A DNA stretch of 56,998 nucleotides, filler included, from Sphacelaria rigidula (Eukaryota), in the NCBI GenBank assembly GCA_964200075.2. It is 6 parts of 6 records of this genome, joined end to end, with 100 filler letters (N's around TTAATTAATTAA, not from the genome) between each part and the next. Parts side by side here need not be neighbours in the genome. Positions count along the whole stretch, not along the records: positions 9,519 to 18,934 come from CAXNAA020008550.1; positions 19,035 to 28,450 come from CAXNAA020008551.1; 4 more parts are not named here. One strand, given 5' to 3'. Within the stretch, counting starts at the first letter, position 1. Each line of letters begins with the position of its first letter. The translations under genes and the position numbers were made by a program. The notes under the pieces were generated by a model that was not told the DNA's origin, did no database searches, and was given only the letters and a program-made list of their open reading frames with translations. Shown here one piece after another: positions 12,369 through 26,000 of this stretch.

Positions 12369-15300
12369 TTACGGTCCCTTGCTGCAAGCTGACACTACGA
12401 CGCCCGGGGTTGAAAAGTTGTTGAGCGTTGTTGACTCTAGCTGCTCGTTTACCGTATTCAACGAGTTCGACAAAAATTGACGATGCCTTGCCGCAGAGGA
12501 TGAACTCTTCCGGCTGAAAGGTGTTTTGTCGTCGGAATGCTCCCTTCGCTGAGAATTTGTACACCTTCTCGCCCCGTCCGCAGGCTTCAGTATCGTGCCA
12601 TGGCCGGAATTCCGTCCCATGTACTCAACAAAGATTTGCGGTTGTTCATAAGGGCTCTTCTTGTACTCCGTTGTGGCGTTTTTCATGGAACCATTGGGGA
12701 CCAACTCGTTTTGTGGCAACCCCATGCTGCTGAGTTTTTGTTGGGAGGCGACCATGTGCAAAAGAGGGTGCGCGTTGTTGCTCTGCTTCTCTCTAGCGAG
12801 CTCGCGGAAGAACTCATTTTCACGCTCACGAATGATGTCTCCTCGAGATGTGTTTAGATGCACGCCTTCAATTGGAGACGTCGTTGGGTGGCTGTTTAAG
12901 TCTTGTTGCCTGCACAGCGAGCGATAAAACCATGAACCAGGCAATGACAAGTGGCGACGGAGGGGACGCGAGATCGTTTAACGCAAGCCGAGGCAACGAT
13001 ATCTTTGCCGTATCGCACGCACTACTGTCAGTTGAGGACAGCTTTCCCGCAAAATGCAAGACAAGGTTGTTGGCGTCAGCAATTACGTGAATATGTAGCA
13101 TAACGATGTGGTTTGGAGATCACGCGTTGATCAAGACAAACTCGACTCCCTGTTCCACACACCTTCGAATTGGTTCCGGTACTTCCGGCGACACGTTGTG
13201 CGGGATACTGCATTCAATCTTCCGAATGTATGGTTTGGAATTTCTGTTCTTCGTCAGTGGCTGCCAAGCATCCTCGGACAGTTTCAATCGGCCAAGTGTG
13301 TACGAACGCTGCGCCGCGCTGAACTGCGTTGACAAAGTGTGGTCAATGAGCGCCTGACGACCAGTTGCTCTGAAAGCCAGGGATGCCAGCTCCGCGTACA
13401 CCAGGAAACAGCTCTCGCAAACCAGAGCGGTCTGGAATGAGGTTGAAAAGCGGCCTTGGGCTAGTGAGCGCCCGTCTCGCGATGGTGATGTACTCATTCA
13501 TGGGCGTATCAACATCCAGCAGGAAGGTGAGACGCAGTCCAAATAACCATGAAGCTGCTCGGCAATTGGTTTTGTCTGCAGCATTTCTCTCTTGCACGAA
13601 CTACAAGAGGCTATATCTTACCTTGTATAGAAACAGTGGGTCGCGTCGATGGCGCGCATATCCCTCCGCGGCTAACTTCGGGTGCAACGCACGAATGACT
13701 GGTGGTACCATCACGTCTTCTGCTGCGATATGTGACGGATCAATTGATTTTGGACTGTGAATGTCCCCAAAACCGACACCACCCGCTGCTTGCAGTACTT
13801 CGAGGGACGGAGGCCATTCCACGACGCCCGCACGATTGGTTGGATCGCAAGAAACAAGATCGATGACCTGCATAAGGACATCACGAATGATACAGAGTGG
13901 TACGGCATTGTGATCTGTTCAGGAGCTATGAAGACCGAGCTTGATACATTGTAGTTGTGGATGTTCTCGGAAGAGGTGCTGGCTTCACAGCTCGTCAGGA
14001 CGGACGTGTCACGTGCCGGAGATTTCCGCCACCCCTCCTTCTCCTGCCTTAGAAATGGAGAAACCAAACCCGCCCTAAAGAGGGCCATGTCTAGTTCATT
14101 TGGTGTGCTTCAGAGTGTGTCTGCATGTGCACTTCTCGTGTGCATGTGATGTTGACCGTGGTACACCATTTCTCTTTCACACTTGTGCATACTGTTTGGC
14201 ATATCCAACGTGCAGAATCAACGCGATCTCTCTCGCTTACTAACCTGTTCGAAGTGAGCAATGATAGTCTTGTAATGAATACCATGGAAGGTGGTGCTTG
14301 GTGACATTTGGCCACAGCTTGAGCACCGCAAGTTTGTGGGAATTTTGATCTCTTCGCGGTGATGGGCTGCGTTCTGCTGCAATTTGACCTGCGATGGAAC
14401 CTTTACCTGCGACATTCAACCCGACGATGGTACGAGGTAAAAACTGGAAGCCCATATCAGTTTTTTTGCGCTAGCATGTCTCCTGAAGGAATGCCAAAAG
14501 CCCAGGAAACCGTACCAGGCAAAGAAAGTTACCCTCAAGCGACGTTTTTGCAACTCCAGGACTGTTCCCAGTTTACAACGACGAATGCAACATGCACCTG
14601 CCACGGTACATATTCCCCCACGTTTTGCTTCAAGACAGTACTGGTGATGGTGAACCAATCCTCTTGCAAGTTGGGAGGTACGCTAAGGCACGCATTGCTC
14701 GACAGTGACTAGGGACCGACCGTACTCAAGCGCGAGGCAAGCGAGGACCATCCAAGAGTCTGCAATCATGAAAAGGGATTTACGTCGTTGAAATGATTAC
14801 TCTTTTTCTCTGGTACTGTATTGACGTTACGATACCAACAAGCGCCCTACCACTAACCTCTATCATTATCGACACTGTTTTTCAGAGATCTCGAGAATTT
14901 TCAGTTTTCGGACTCTGCGTTCAGACTTCTCCGAGAACGAAGCGGCTTGATTTTTGCTCTTTCCTCCGAAGCTTCATTTTTGGAGAAGTCCGAATAATTC
15001 GGACTGCAACGCAGCACTTCCGAGAGTTGCACTGTGAAAACGCCGTGGCGCTCGCAAGCATTAGAGGTTCATCAGGTACACGCCGGTCCCCACCATCTCG
15101 GAGATCGACGAAAAAACAGTGTCGATAATAATAAGCCTAGTACAACGCTATCATATATTGTGGTTAAACGTTGATAGGAATAGCGCCGAGACGGGGAACG
15201 CCATGTCAACGCAACTCTTGGGATGTCCATACAATATGTCTTCACTTCGGGTGGTAGCGTCGCTTCTCGAACCTACCGATATTGTGCGTAACAAAGCCAT

Positions 15301-16719
15301 GGAGAGTACTTCTGGTCATCCATGTTGTGCCGTAGTTATCGAGGTACTCACCAGCTCTCCGATGTTTATGGGGCTATGCACGTGGGTGTGAGTTTCATGC
15401 CCTGGTTGCATCTCACTCGCCAATCGTATCGAGTTGCTCCAGAGCAACCACACTCGATCACGGGAGTCAATCTTGAAATTGAGAGACATGCGACATATTC
15501 TCGTCTTCTTGAAGGACACGGCGCTCACATGTGCGATAATGCTTTCACAGCATTTCTGCACTTGCGATGGAAGAACGCTTCCTCGCAGGGGGGCTACCAT
15601 TCACCCAAGTGCAAGCGAATATGTTGCAGAGAAGCGGCATACGAACACAGGTGGAAGCGGCATACAAGCACATTCGCAGGTGTCAACATTTAGCTTTCAT
15701 ATCCAACATAATAAAAACAGCCACCTGAACAAAGCGTCCGTAACAAACGTGAAATATTTTTACAAGGCAGGACACTACATCTCATGTGGACACCCATTAA
15801 TACTCACAAGCTGTGCTGTAGATATCAGGGCCATCGTAGGTGACAGCTCGCTCGTATATCCCATGCCGTTTGTCGTGCAGTTGGCGGGTGTTGACCCTTC
15901 GCTCTAGCAAGCACATTCTAGGAGACCAGATCGCCCTCACCATTGCTGCGGCGCGATGCGAAACACAACGCAGGATGTTGCCACAGATCAGTGCAGCACA
16001 TCTACCCACACTTGCAATGCAGCTCTTTTACGGCGAAGTTGCGCCGGCGGCAAGCACCGTCGCTACAACCTACCGTTGCGAGTGCCCTTGGGCTCCACGA
16101 AACGTTGCAGGATTCCGTTTCGTTCCTTCCAGCGATTGTAGAGAAAATCACCTGACGTCAACCCAACAAATGATGCAACCAAAGGTTTGGTGGATGGAAG
16201 CAATTACTCCGTGCAGGATGCCAAAGTGTGTGGAAGTGTCTCGCAACAGTCGCTTCGGTGAAGGGTGACTTTCGACCATGACCAAGCATCCAAAGTCGGC
16301 CAAAAAGGGATATTTAAAGATACGCGATACAGCATACACAACACCGCACTCGGCGAGATAGGCGCAAGACCCCAGCTATCACCGAATAGGCAGCGAGTTG
16401 ACGGGCGAGGCATGTCTGACAAAGTCACTCAATAATCCCCGAACTGCTAACCTTCACAAGACCACGTCAGCTCAAACACCCCGTTGAGAGCAAGATCGCC
16501 GAGTCGGAATCTTGGCTGCTCTTCAGGAGACCCAAAAATTTGTGGCATAACCTATACAAGTGAAACTTGCGGGCACGCGGGCATGCGGACACGAAACCTG
16601 TCCTCGCCCCTTCGGGCGGCGAATATGTGCACCCTCCGTGGGTACTCTTGCTGAATTGGCCAGAAACTCACGAATGTCCTGACGATCCAGGTACTCGATA
16701 CTCGTCGCGTGGTTGTCCT
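12369..16719 (-). CDS. Uncharacterised multi-exon protein (ATP-grasp-like motifs plus two CxxC pairs), 5' end not found. Exons 16672-16719, 16074-16151, 15808-15945, 15352-15593, 14245-14406, 13622-13867, 13163-13431, 12373-12909
   Basis: Eight GT-AG exons splice in phase into one open frame: [129 protein letters not shown]. Confidence 0.88.
14852..15142. mobile_element. ~290-bp MITE in an intron
   Basis: TIRs ATTATCGACACTGTTTTTCAGAGATCTCGAGA and TCTCGGAGATCGACGAAAAAACAGTGTCGATAAT. Internal hairpin AGTCCGAATAATTCGGACT. A similar terminus appears near 18075-18115. Confidence 0.75.
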
Positions 16720-16924
16720 CTGGGCGTGGGCGATGCAATTCAGGCGTACAATAGAAAGGAAGGTGATCTTCGAAAATGCGATCCGCTGTGCACGATAAGC
16801 GCCCCCAACACCGTTTCCCAGGCTGAGGGCATTCTTGCTGTTTGGTAGGTAAAATTTGCGTATGTATGGCCTGTGCCATGTAAAGACCGAGAGACGCAGG
16901 CATTGTCGAAACAAAAAGGACTGG

Positions 16925-17330
16925 TTATTATCTTGCATTTCGATGACAGCCTACAATGAGTTGCTTCATTTTCTGGTATCGTCACTTCCAGGGAGCCATA
17001 GCTTTTACACTGCCTCATGGGTGTCTCACCGTTTAAACACCACGTAGTGCGATCATCCCCCTTATGCGAAGTTGAGGTTCTCCCACTCCGCATAACATGA
17101 TCTAACTCGACTAACATCGTGATTACCGCAAAAATAAACGCAAGCGTGCAAAAAAAATCGGTAGCTTGGTTGTCTAGCTTACGCAGTGAGTGGCGTGTTT
17201 TACAGCGTCATCGCCAACCGACGCCAACCCCATTGGGGGCCAGACCCTGCAAAGCCGAGGCGGAGCACGCCGGGTTCTCGCTGTACCACGATAGGGGGTG
17301 GGGAAGAGACGTTCACCGGTTGGGTATATT
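16925..17330 (+). repeat. Dispersed repeat, copy A (homologous to 19325-19690)
   Basis: TTATCTTGCA..GATGACAGCCTACAA..TTTACACTGCCTC..GATCATCCCC..GTTGAGGTT..TAACTCGAC is colinear in both copies. Confidence 0.8.
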
Positions 17331-18474
17331 TGTCAGACGCCAGACTCTCATGTCTACCTCGGCCCCTCGTGAATTGAAATCATGACACCCGGGCACCAAA
17401 AGTTGACATTCGGTGGTGTGTGGGGGGGTTGGGGTGGGGGGGTATCCCGCACGAGACCATAACTTGAACCTTGTATCGTTTAACTACTCTCCCATCCAAC
17501 CCTTGTCCTCTTTCGGGGGTATCCAGCAAATTATCCCATTTCCTGGCGTGTTGGAGTTGTTCTCCAACGTTTGATATCCCCTCCACGTAAAACTATCTAA
17601 TGGGTAGCCGCTGTTTGAGAGAAAGCGCCCGATTTTAGTGTGGAGCGGGGATCACCTCATTTTAATATGACTCAACAACTACTCGTTTCTAGGATGCCAC
17701 AAATATCTACTTGGTATTAATAGCTGCTCGGGTACTATGAAAGTATAACACAAATGCATGTTTCGTGTCAGTGTTGTGGTGGTGACTGCTGCATTGCTCT
17801 TAATCCCGCGAGTCGCGAACTCCTAGGTTTTAGTTGTAGGATGTTGACATCTACCTCGGAGTAGTGCCTACGCATGTTTTTACTATGGAGTCCAATGCGT
17901 AGTACATATTTTAGTGGGGCATTTTTCAACTCTTTGGCGGGGACCCGGTTCATTTGAGTTTGCGTGTGCCAATATTGTGCAACTCTGCGTATTCAAGGCT
18001 TTGAACGCCTTTTCTTTCCCGCAGTAAAGATTACAAACTCTTCGCGGTAAGAGGGTATACGTTCGAGTAAGTATCGTCATTACCGGGGCTGTCTTTTCTC
18101 AGACATTTCCGAGATTTCGGGAACAAAAAATCTCACCGAAAACTGTGACAGCAAACTTCTCAACCAGGTCAACGACTTGAACATCTTTTTACTGAATACA
18201 TGTTACTCGGAAACTCTGGCGTTGGAGCATTTCTGTCAGCGTTCAATTTTTTTCTAATATGGAAATTAGAAAAAAAAAACAGAAAAATTCTGGGGGGAAA
18301 AGTCCCATTCGTGACGGCCCTAAGCCTTCTTGAGTTGCATTCTCCTTCTGGAAAGGGAGGGGTGTGTGTATGTAGGGGTATCCGAAATTTCAGTCTACGG
18401 GTACACTTGAGCTTCGGTCGATCTATACGATGGACCACTGGACAAAAGAACAGTGGCCGTGCCCTCAGGAAACA

Positions 18475-18510
18475 CAAAATCAAAATCAAAATCAAAATCA
18501 AAATCAAAAT
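18475..18510 (+). repeat. (CAAAAT)6 microsatellite
   Basis: Direct reading. Confidence 0.95.
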
Positions 18511-18934
18511 CGTTTTCGCGGTTTGGTTACAGCAGCGGCAGCGGGAATGCTTTGGGTATGTATAAGAGTTGGACTCATAACGATCAACAGTAACAACAAC
18601 AGCTGACAAACCGCAACCGATCCAAGGGGGAATCCGGACGCGGACCAAGAGATATGTACTACATTCCAGCACACGATGTAGGCCTCACGATAGTTCTTGC
18701 TTAATATCCACTGAGATGTGCTTGTTTTGGCTCCGATCCGCCAACAAATAAGGTCTTGCAATGACTGATTCTGCAAAACTGCACAGCACAAATGGTGCAC
18801 TCTGGGCCGGAAAGACTGCACAACCGCTGATACATATCGCAGATGCACTCCCCCAGTAACAGTGTTTTCGTGAGATTGAGAGTGAAAAGCGGTCAATCAG
18901 TGAATGAATCGTTTCAGTTCCGAAATGCACTTCC

Positions 18935-19034
18935 NNNNNNNNNNNNNNNNNNNNNNNNNNNNNNNNNNNNNNNNNNNNTTAATTAATTAANNNNNNNNNN
19001 NNNNNNNNNNNNNNNNNNNNNNNNNNNNNNNNNN
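18935..19034. other. Artificial 100-bp spacer
   Basis: N44-TTAATTAATTAA-N44. Confidence 0.97.
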
Positions 19035-19324
19035 ACTCATTTGTTGCTTGCCTTAGTCGTTTGACCATTGACCACGCATCCCTTTCGAGACGGAGCACCG
19101 TTGGGAGGGGGAGGGGGGGGGGTTACTCGTGACCTTGCATTCTGTACACAGTAGTGATGAGGCGATTGGCTCTGCATCCCTACAATGCTGGAAAGGAGCA
19201 CGCTGGGTTTTCGCCGGACCAGGCTCGCAGTTAATGACGAAGAGCGAAGCGCTGTGATGTGTTCGGCGAGTGGCATGAAGGGTGAGCTGCAGCCTGCGCA
19301 GGTTGTTCGGCCCGGAGCGTTCTG

Positions 19325-19690
19325 ATTATCTTGCACATGGATGACAGCCTACAACGAATTGCTTAATTTTCGGGTCACTTCCATAAACGATCACGGTTTA
19401 CACTGCCTCGTGCGTGTCTCGCCATATACACAATACGTGGTATGATCATCCCCTTTGCGCGGGGTTGAGGTTTTCCACGCCGCACGATATGATGTAACTC
19501 GACCACGATCGTGGTAACCGCGAGAAAACGCCAGCGAGAAGAAGGAAAATTTCGGTAAGCTAATTGCCTAGCTTGCTTAGTGGATGGCGTTTTACGACGT
19601 CGTTGTCGATCGATTCTAACCCTCCCTCAGTGGGGGGAAGATAGTCGTGTACACACTGTTTTTTGGGAAGGGGGGCAGATTACGAGGGTT
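19325..19690 (+). repeat. Dispersed repeat, copy B (homologous to 16925-17330)
   Basis: Colinear diverged match to copy A in a different fragment. Confidence 0.8.
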
Positions 19691-20010
19691 GATGGATGGG
19701 TCGATTATCGCACATCGGCTGATCCGTGAAAAATTCGGCCGTGGTTTGTCACGAGATACGACAAACGTGCCGAGACAAATGAATCGAATCACTTGCCGAG
19801 AGAAACTGGAGAGAAGGTGTAAATCGAACCAAGGAGAGAAAAAAGAGAGTCAGACATGAAAAGAGAGTAGAGGAAAAGAGAGGCAAGGCATGGAGAGAAC
19901 ATGCATATGTGTATGTACATGTTTTTTTTTCACTTAATGGCAACTTGCGTGATGTGTCTTCCTTTCCTCATTGTTCGGTGCCTCGACGTAATCGACCACA
20001 ATCACTTCAG

Positions 20011-23000
20011 ATCATGGAAGCCTTGCAAAACGCCTATCAGGCAGGCTTCATCGACGTGGAGTTGACGGCTGAGTACTCCCCCACCGACAACAGGGGAACC
20101 TTCGCTTTCGAGGTCATTCTCATGCCGAAGGTGAGGCTTAATCCATGCCATACTCCAGTTAAGTATGTTTTTTCCCCTCGTATTGGGACTCCAAGTTCAA
20201 AACTTTTATTCCGCAGCGTAAGCTGCGACGGTAGAGTTTTGCCGCGATTGTTTCAGGGTGCCGTTTGTATGTAGTGATAGTGCACAGTAGGTTGGTCGCC
20301 ACCGCACCCCTTTGGTATTGCTGGTACAATTGAAGTCTGTTCCGGCTGGAAATGCGGGCGGGTTTGAACACCGACATGTTCGATAAATTGATCGTTGCAC
20401 TTCAACGCTTAGACAGCAACCCCCCCGCAGACTGAGATGGGCTGTGCCACCCCCGGGGTTCAGCAAGGCTCGTTTGTCGCTGCACCAAGCACATTTTTTC
20501 ACAATCCTGTGGATGGTGGGTATCGATATAGAAAATAGTTGCGGAAAACCCCTGACTGTTTTGGACCGTGCAGTCTATAGCGTACAGTCGGTATGTCTAG
20601 GGGATGTTTCCGCTGGATACAGTGGCAAGAAACAGTCAACTTGTCAACGCTCCCCACCCAACACAGTTTACTGCATGCCGCTGATACCCCTGCTCAGTGT
20701 TTTTCAGAAACACCACGAGTACAGATGGTGTAAAGCTATGCTTGCAACACATTAAGCGTCAGACAGGCGGCACAGACCATGAGCAGAGTACAAAACATGT
20801 CGTGTGAACCCATGTTACTCATGGTTGAATTGCCATGAAAAAATATCGCTAGGCAGCAAAGTAGTCCACCTATAGGGGACCTACGTCCTCATTTTGAGGG
20901 CCGTGATTGGTCAGGATGGTCATTCCGCACCCTTCAGGCTTCGTTCCTGGCTTGGAGTCTTCCGCAGGAAACTTCGAAACATACATGGCTGGCTTTGTGA
21001 GCTTTCCGGCTACTCTGCGGACAGATGCCCCCTCCCCACCCCCACCCCTTCCCTCACCCTCGCCCACTGGAAACCTCCGGATGTCTCCGGAGTGTCAGCC
21101 TCTTTAATTGTGTCGAGGCCACGCTCGCCGTCTAGGCGTCAAGTGATCCCTGAAAAGGCCTCACTCAAGATCAGACAGTTACGTGGACTTCGTTCATTTT
21201 AGGGCACGTAGACGTCATCAGCTGTAGTGTTTCGTGCATTATCCTAAGCTGTTCACTGTAGTAAAAGGTGGCACCCCAGCCTCTCTCCCACAGAGTAAGC
21301 GAACAGCTTCAAACTATCGAAATCAAACACTGACACTGTCCACCGATCAGACCTGCAGACCCGCGATCCATTAACCAGCCGTTAGCACTCCTACTATACA
21401 TTCTTCCGACGATATTCGTGCACCTCACATGGGCGACCACGATCGCCGGAGTTTACATCACCAGGTATCAAGCCGAGATCAAACAAGGTTGGAAACACCC
21501 GCTGAAGAAAAACGATGGAGGAAAATAAAAGATGGAAGAGACAGTAGATTGAAAATAAAACGAGAGGGTGAAAAAAAGGAAAGATCAGAACAAAACAAGA
21601 GACCGTCATTTGGATTTATATGTATATTCCTGCCGGTCGCCCCGGTGACTCAGTTGGTAACCTCGAAACCTTCTGGCGGTTTGGTCGTGGGTTCAGTTCT
21701 CGAAGCGATCTGGGATTTTTTCTCACACCATGCCCAACAGTGTAGAGCGACTATGTCGTGGGTACACAAAATTCGACTTCACAGTCGGCGAGGGAAAGGG
21801 ACTGCTGAACCCCTCTCGCGATAAAAGATGAAAAGGCAAGCAGCACCGCAGAAGGAAGGTGGGGTACTAAAAACAAGTGAAAAGAAAAAGTTCCTGTGTT
21901 GACCTTCCTCTTGTGTGACCTCGGCTGGTGCGCCCACATATACCGAAAGGTGTAGACCGGCGTCCAGAACAGAAGTGACGACAACACACACAACACACAC
22001 AACACACACAACACACACACACACACACATGCTTCAATTGGCATTTACTCTGTCCCAAAAGTCTGCTCGATTATGTTTGAACGGGCCCTTCATCGTGTCC
22101 GAAATTGTTTTTGCCTTCTTCATGGATTTATTGAGAATCGCCGTTTCTCTCCGCGCGGCCGAATGGCCGTAAAAAACAGTCGGCCCGAGAATAGCCGTAT
22201 ATCGCCCCTTTTTCCAGGTGCAGATTTTATTTCGACAACCCGGAATAACGCGTTTTAGTGTTTTTCTTGTACACAGGGTGGCTAAGTCTCGTCCTGAGTC
22301 ATCGCACGTCATCACTCTTGTCCAGCACGAAAATGACAGAAATCGCTCGTATTTGGATGAAACCGCATCCGAATTGGCCAAACTGGATCAGTTCTAACCT
22401 GATACTGTGTAAACAACACCACATATCTTTTCACTATTATTTTTTCCTTTTCTATTAGCATCTCCATAATTTCACATCTTCACCGATCCTAACTACAGCA
22501 TGGTGGGCGCCTCCATAACCAAGCGCGCTTATGTGATGTATAGGAAGTATTATTCTTATTTCCCCGATTAAAGCATTTGCATCTCACGGAAGGATGAGGG
22601 CATGAGCAGCAAGGAAAGTAATTTTTGCGACTTTTGTTTTGTTAGTTTTTTTCACTCTAAAACCCCTACTGATTTCGGTTTTCTGAGGAAAGCTTTGTTG
22701 AACACGAACCAAACGCATCCTGCTCCAAGGGGCACCTGGACACACAGCAGTTGCTGTTGCCTGCCTAGTATTATTCTCCAAATCGAAGTCTTGAGTGAGA
22801 ACGCCCAGCGTATAGCTGCTTGACGCGACCACTGCGTTCTGCCACGGACCCTTCCCCACGTACCCGACAAGGGGGCAACATCCCCCTACAGACAGTAGCA
22901 ATGCTAGCGGGTCTCACGTCCTGGCAGTCTGGCAGCCGGCAAGGTGGTTATGGTAGTGTCCTTCTAGCGATATCAACTTACAGCGCACTGGAGCAGGGTT

Positions 23001-26000
23001 TGCAGGTGAAAATTTCGGCGATTGCCTCACCTGCAGTTCGCCCACATGTTCCGTTTTTTTTTCATGATCTCACTGAGTTCACATTACATACATTTACATG
23101 TGGAAATGTATCAGACCCTGCATTTTATGTGGAAATGTACCCAACCGTGGTCGAAGGTTTCTACAGTCAGTACGAACACGATGTTGAAAGTGTACTGCGC
23201 ACAGTGTGTAGTGTGTGTTGTCGTCCCATCTGTTCTGGACCCCGGTGACACCTTTTGGTATATTTGGGCACACCAGCCGCGGCTGTGTTACCATACAGCT
23301 TTGCCCAAGATACAGACAGCCATTACAGGGGCGGAGGCGGTCTTTCACTTCTGCGTGCGCCACCTGGGACAAACGCACGCTGTAGCTGCAACACAGACAG
23401 CTTCACAAAATGTGGCGTGACGATATAGCGCGCTGCGAGGTGTGATATCCTGCGTACATGTTGGCCGCAGATACAAGCGGCTGCGTTCATGATGTGAGCG
23501 GGTGGTACCGCCGAAGGCGTCACGCTGCGGTTGGTACGCAGTGTCGAACACAGCAGCGATCAGCATATTTCATGTACCGTACGTAGATCTGTGCTCCAAT
23601 ACCGATGCGCCCACACGCGACAACTACGACGCCCTTATCCATCGGTCAGGGGGGTACCCCCCCCTCCTCGAATAGGGTACCCGGGGTTCCCCCTTCCCGC
23701 CCCACGGCCGCAGAATGAGGTTTGGGCGACCTGGGTGGTGGTGGTGCCGTCATTTCCCGATATGGGGCCCCTCGGTCCAGCTTGCAGCTGCTTGACGCCG
23801 TCTCTTGTCTGCCTGAGAAACAGTACTTTGCAACTTGAAGTCTACAGCATACCGGGAAGTAAATCGTGTACGTGTACTTGAAAACAGGCATGACAGTTGC
23901 TGGGACTAGTGCGGGAATAGCGGGAGCTTGCTGGGAAACGGCTCGCGTCTCAGCGCTGGCTCTCTGTGGGCCCTTGCGAACGTAGGACGACGGCGATAAC
24001 ACGAACACGATTTATGCTTCGATACAACTTTACGCTTCCGTGCAACGACACATTACCATACCTCGGGTGCGTGCAACAGATCTTCATTTTAGAGCCCAGC
24101 CGAGACCGCTCCGGTTTCACCGCCGCAATCCGAGACCGCAACGTCACAAACACCAAGATACATTGAAATTGGAAGCGCCCTGGGCACAGGGCAATCTAAA
24201 GGTGATGAAATCACGAAAGACCGTGGTATCGTGGGTGTCGTAGATATTAGTTTTGAAAATACCCGATCGAGCGGGTACGGTAGGTATTCACGTCTCGAAT
24301 CACCGTGGTATCGTCGGTATCGTAGGTATGAGTTTTGAAAATACCCGATTGGACTGGTATGGGTTGGGGGTATGATGTCCCAAATACCGGTACCGGGTAC
24401 CTACCTTACCTACGGTGCCTGTTTAACATTTAACATTAACACGAAAAATGGCACCTACTCTGTGAAAGATCCGTAGGAGACCGATTGAACTACAGGAGAT
24501 CCGCTGAAAAGTACTCACCGATATATATATATATATATGTATATGTATAAGTGTGTATCCGCCGTGTTGTGTTATGTTCCGTCCGACATGTGAAAACGCT
24601 CCTCAGTTATTAAACTACGGGGTCAGTATGGAGAAGCGAAGTAAAACGGCGGTGCTTGGGCCTAATCACGGCATCGATTTCGTGCCCATCGTGGAGCGTG
24701 CGGTATTCCGAAAGATTCACGAGCCTTCCAAGGAGGTCAAGGTGCGTGCGTGCCATGCTATCTATGTTGAGGGTAGGAGACGTGATACACGTGTTCGAGG
24801 AGAGGTTTGAAACGATATTACTCTCTTGGTGTAGCTTCAAAATAATCATGTGTCTTCGGAGAGAAATTACAGAAAAGTACCGGATTTTAATCTGGGTCTA
24901 TCTTGTTCTTTTGGTTTTTGTTTGATTTCCTCATACCTCATTATAGGTAGCTAGTCTGTGACCACGGAAGGCGTCCGCATCAGATGCCCAGTACGAATGT
25001 ACCGCGCAGATATCGGAACGGTTTTTTTAATGTGAAGACAACAACAACCGGATAGTTTCATTTGTATGTTTGTATGTTCATATTTTACTTTGATATTGAT
25101 CTTGATACTTTTTTTTTTATTTTGTTGGATGTCTTCGAACTAAGGGTTGTGAGTGAGATCGAAACGTATTTTCTACATTTTTTGCCCGTGATTGCTTCAG
25201 CATCAGGCCGATAAGAATGGTATTCACACGTGCAGTATCGGTATCGTGTCTAGATTCCCTGAGCCTAGCTACAAGGTCCGTTTCCCAGGCCTTGAATGGT
25301 CACGATGTGCCTGATTAATGTGACGTTCATTCACACCAGCCATATGTTCCGCCCTTCGCCCTTTTTGACGTTTTCCTTCATTGTTGCCGGCCGTAAGTAA
25401 TGGTCACGATGTGCGTGTTTCATTTGATGTTCGTGCACAAGCAGCCGTATTTTCCGCGCTCCAACAGTTCGATGCTTCCATTTGTTTCTCTTTTTTATAC
25501 GTAAGTCTATGCCTTGCATATTTGATCTCTTTATGTTTTTCGTTTTTTCGTGTTTCTGTCTATGTTCGTGTTCCTCTTCCTCTTCCTCTTCGTTGCAACA
25601 GCCGTCATATGGACCCTCTCCTGGGTCTGGGGTGGCGTCTGGCTTCACGGAAGGCCGGCTGTTCAAGGCCTCGTCTCCGGTGCGTACGTGTTCTGCATAT
25701 ACTTGCAAGGGTCGGGCGAGTGATGATTTGTCCGAAAATTCATTGCTTCTAGTGTAGTCGATTGACACCGTACAACGCAATCGTTGACCTGTGTTTTCAG
25801 CGTTGTACGCCAGGTACGCCACGCTCGCCCGAGGTACGTTGAACAGCGCGAAGTTTGCGTATCGTAGCGAGACTTTTGTGACCCGCGGTCAACTTTTTTT
25901 TTTTCTCTTTGAAGAAATCGGGCCTCAGAAACGGGAGATTTAATGAACTCGAACCAGCGATGATTCGTCCGACCCTCGCTTACTCGCGTGGGCACAGGTG

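Noticed and set aside
21636..21720. tRNA gene
   Set aside because: Has A/B-box-like motifs but no acceptor stem or cloverleaf, and continues into a SINE body and CA tail.
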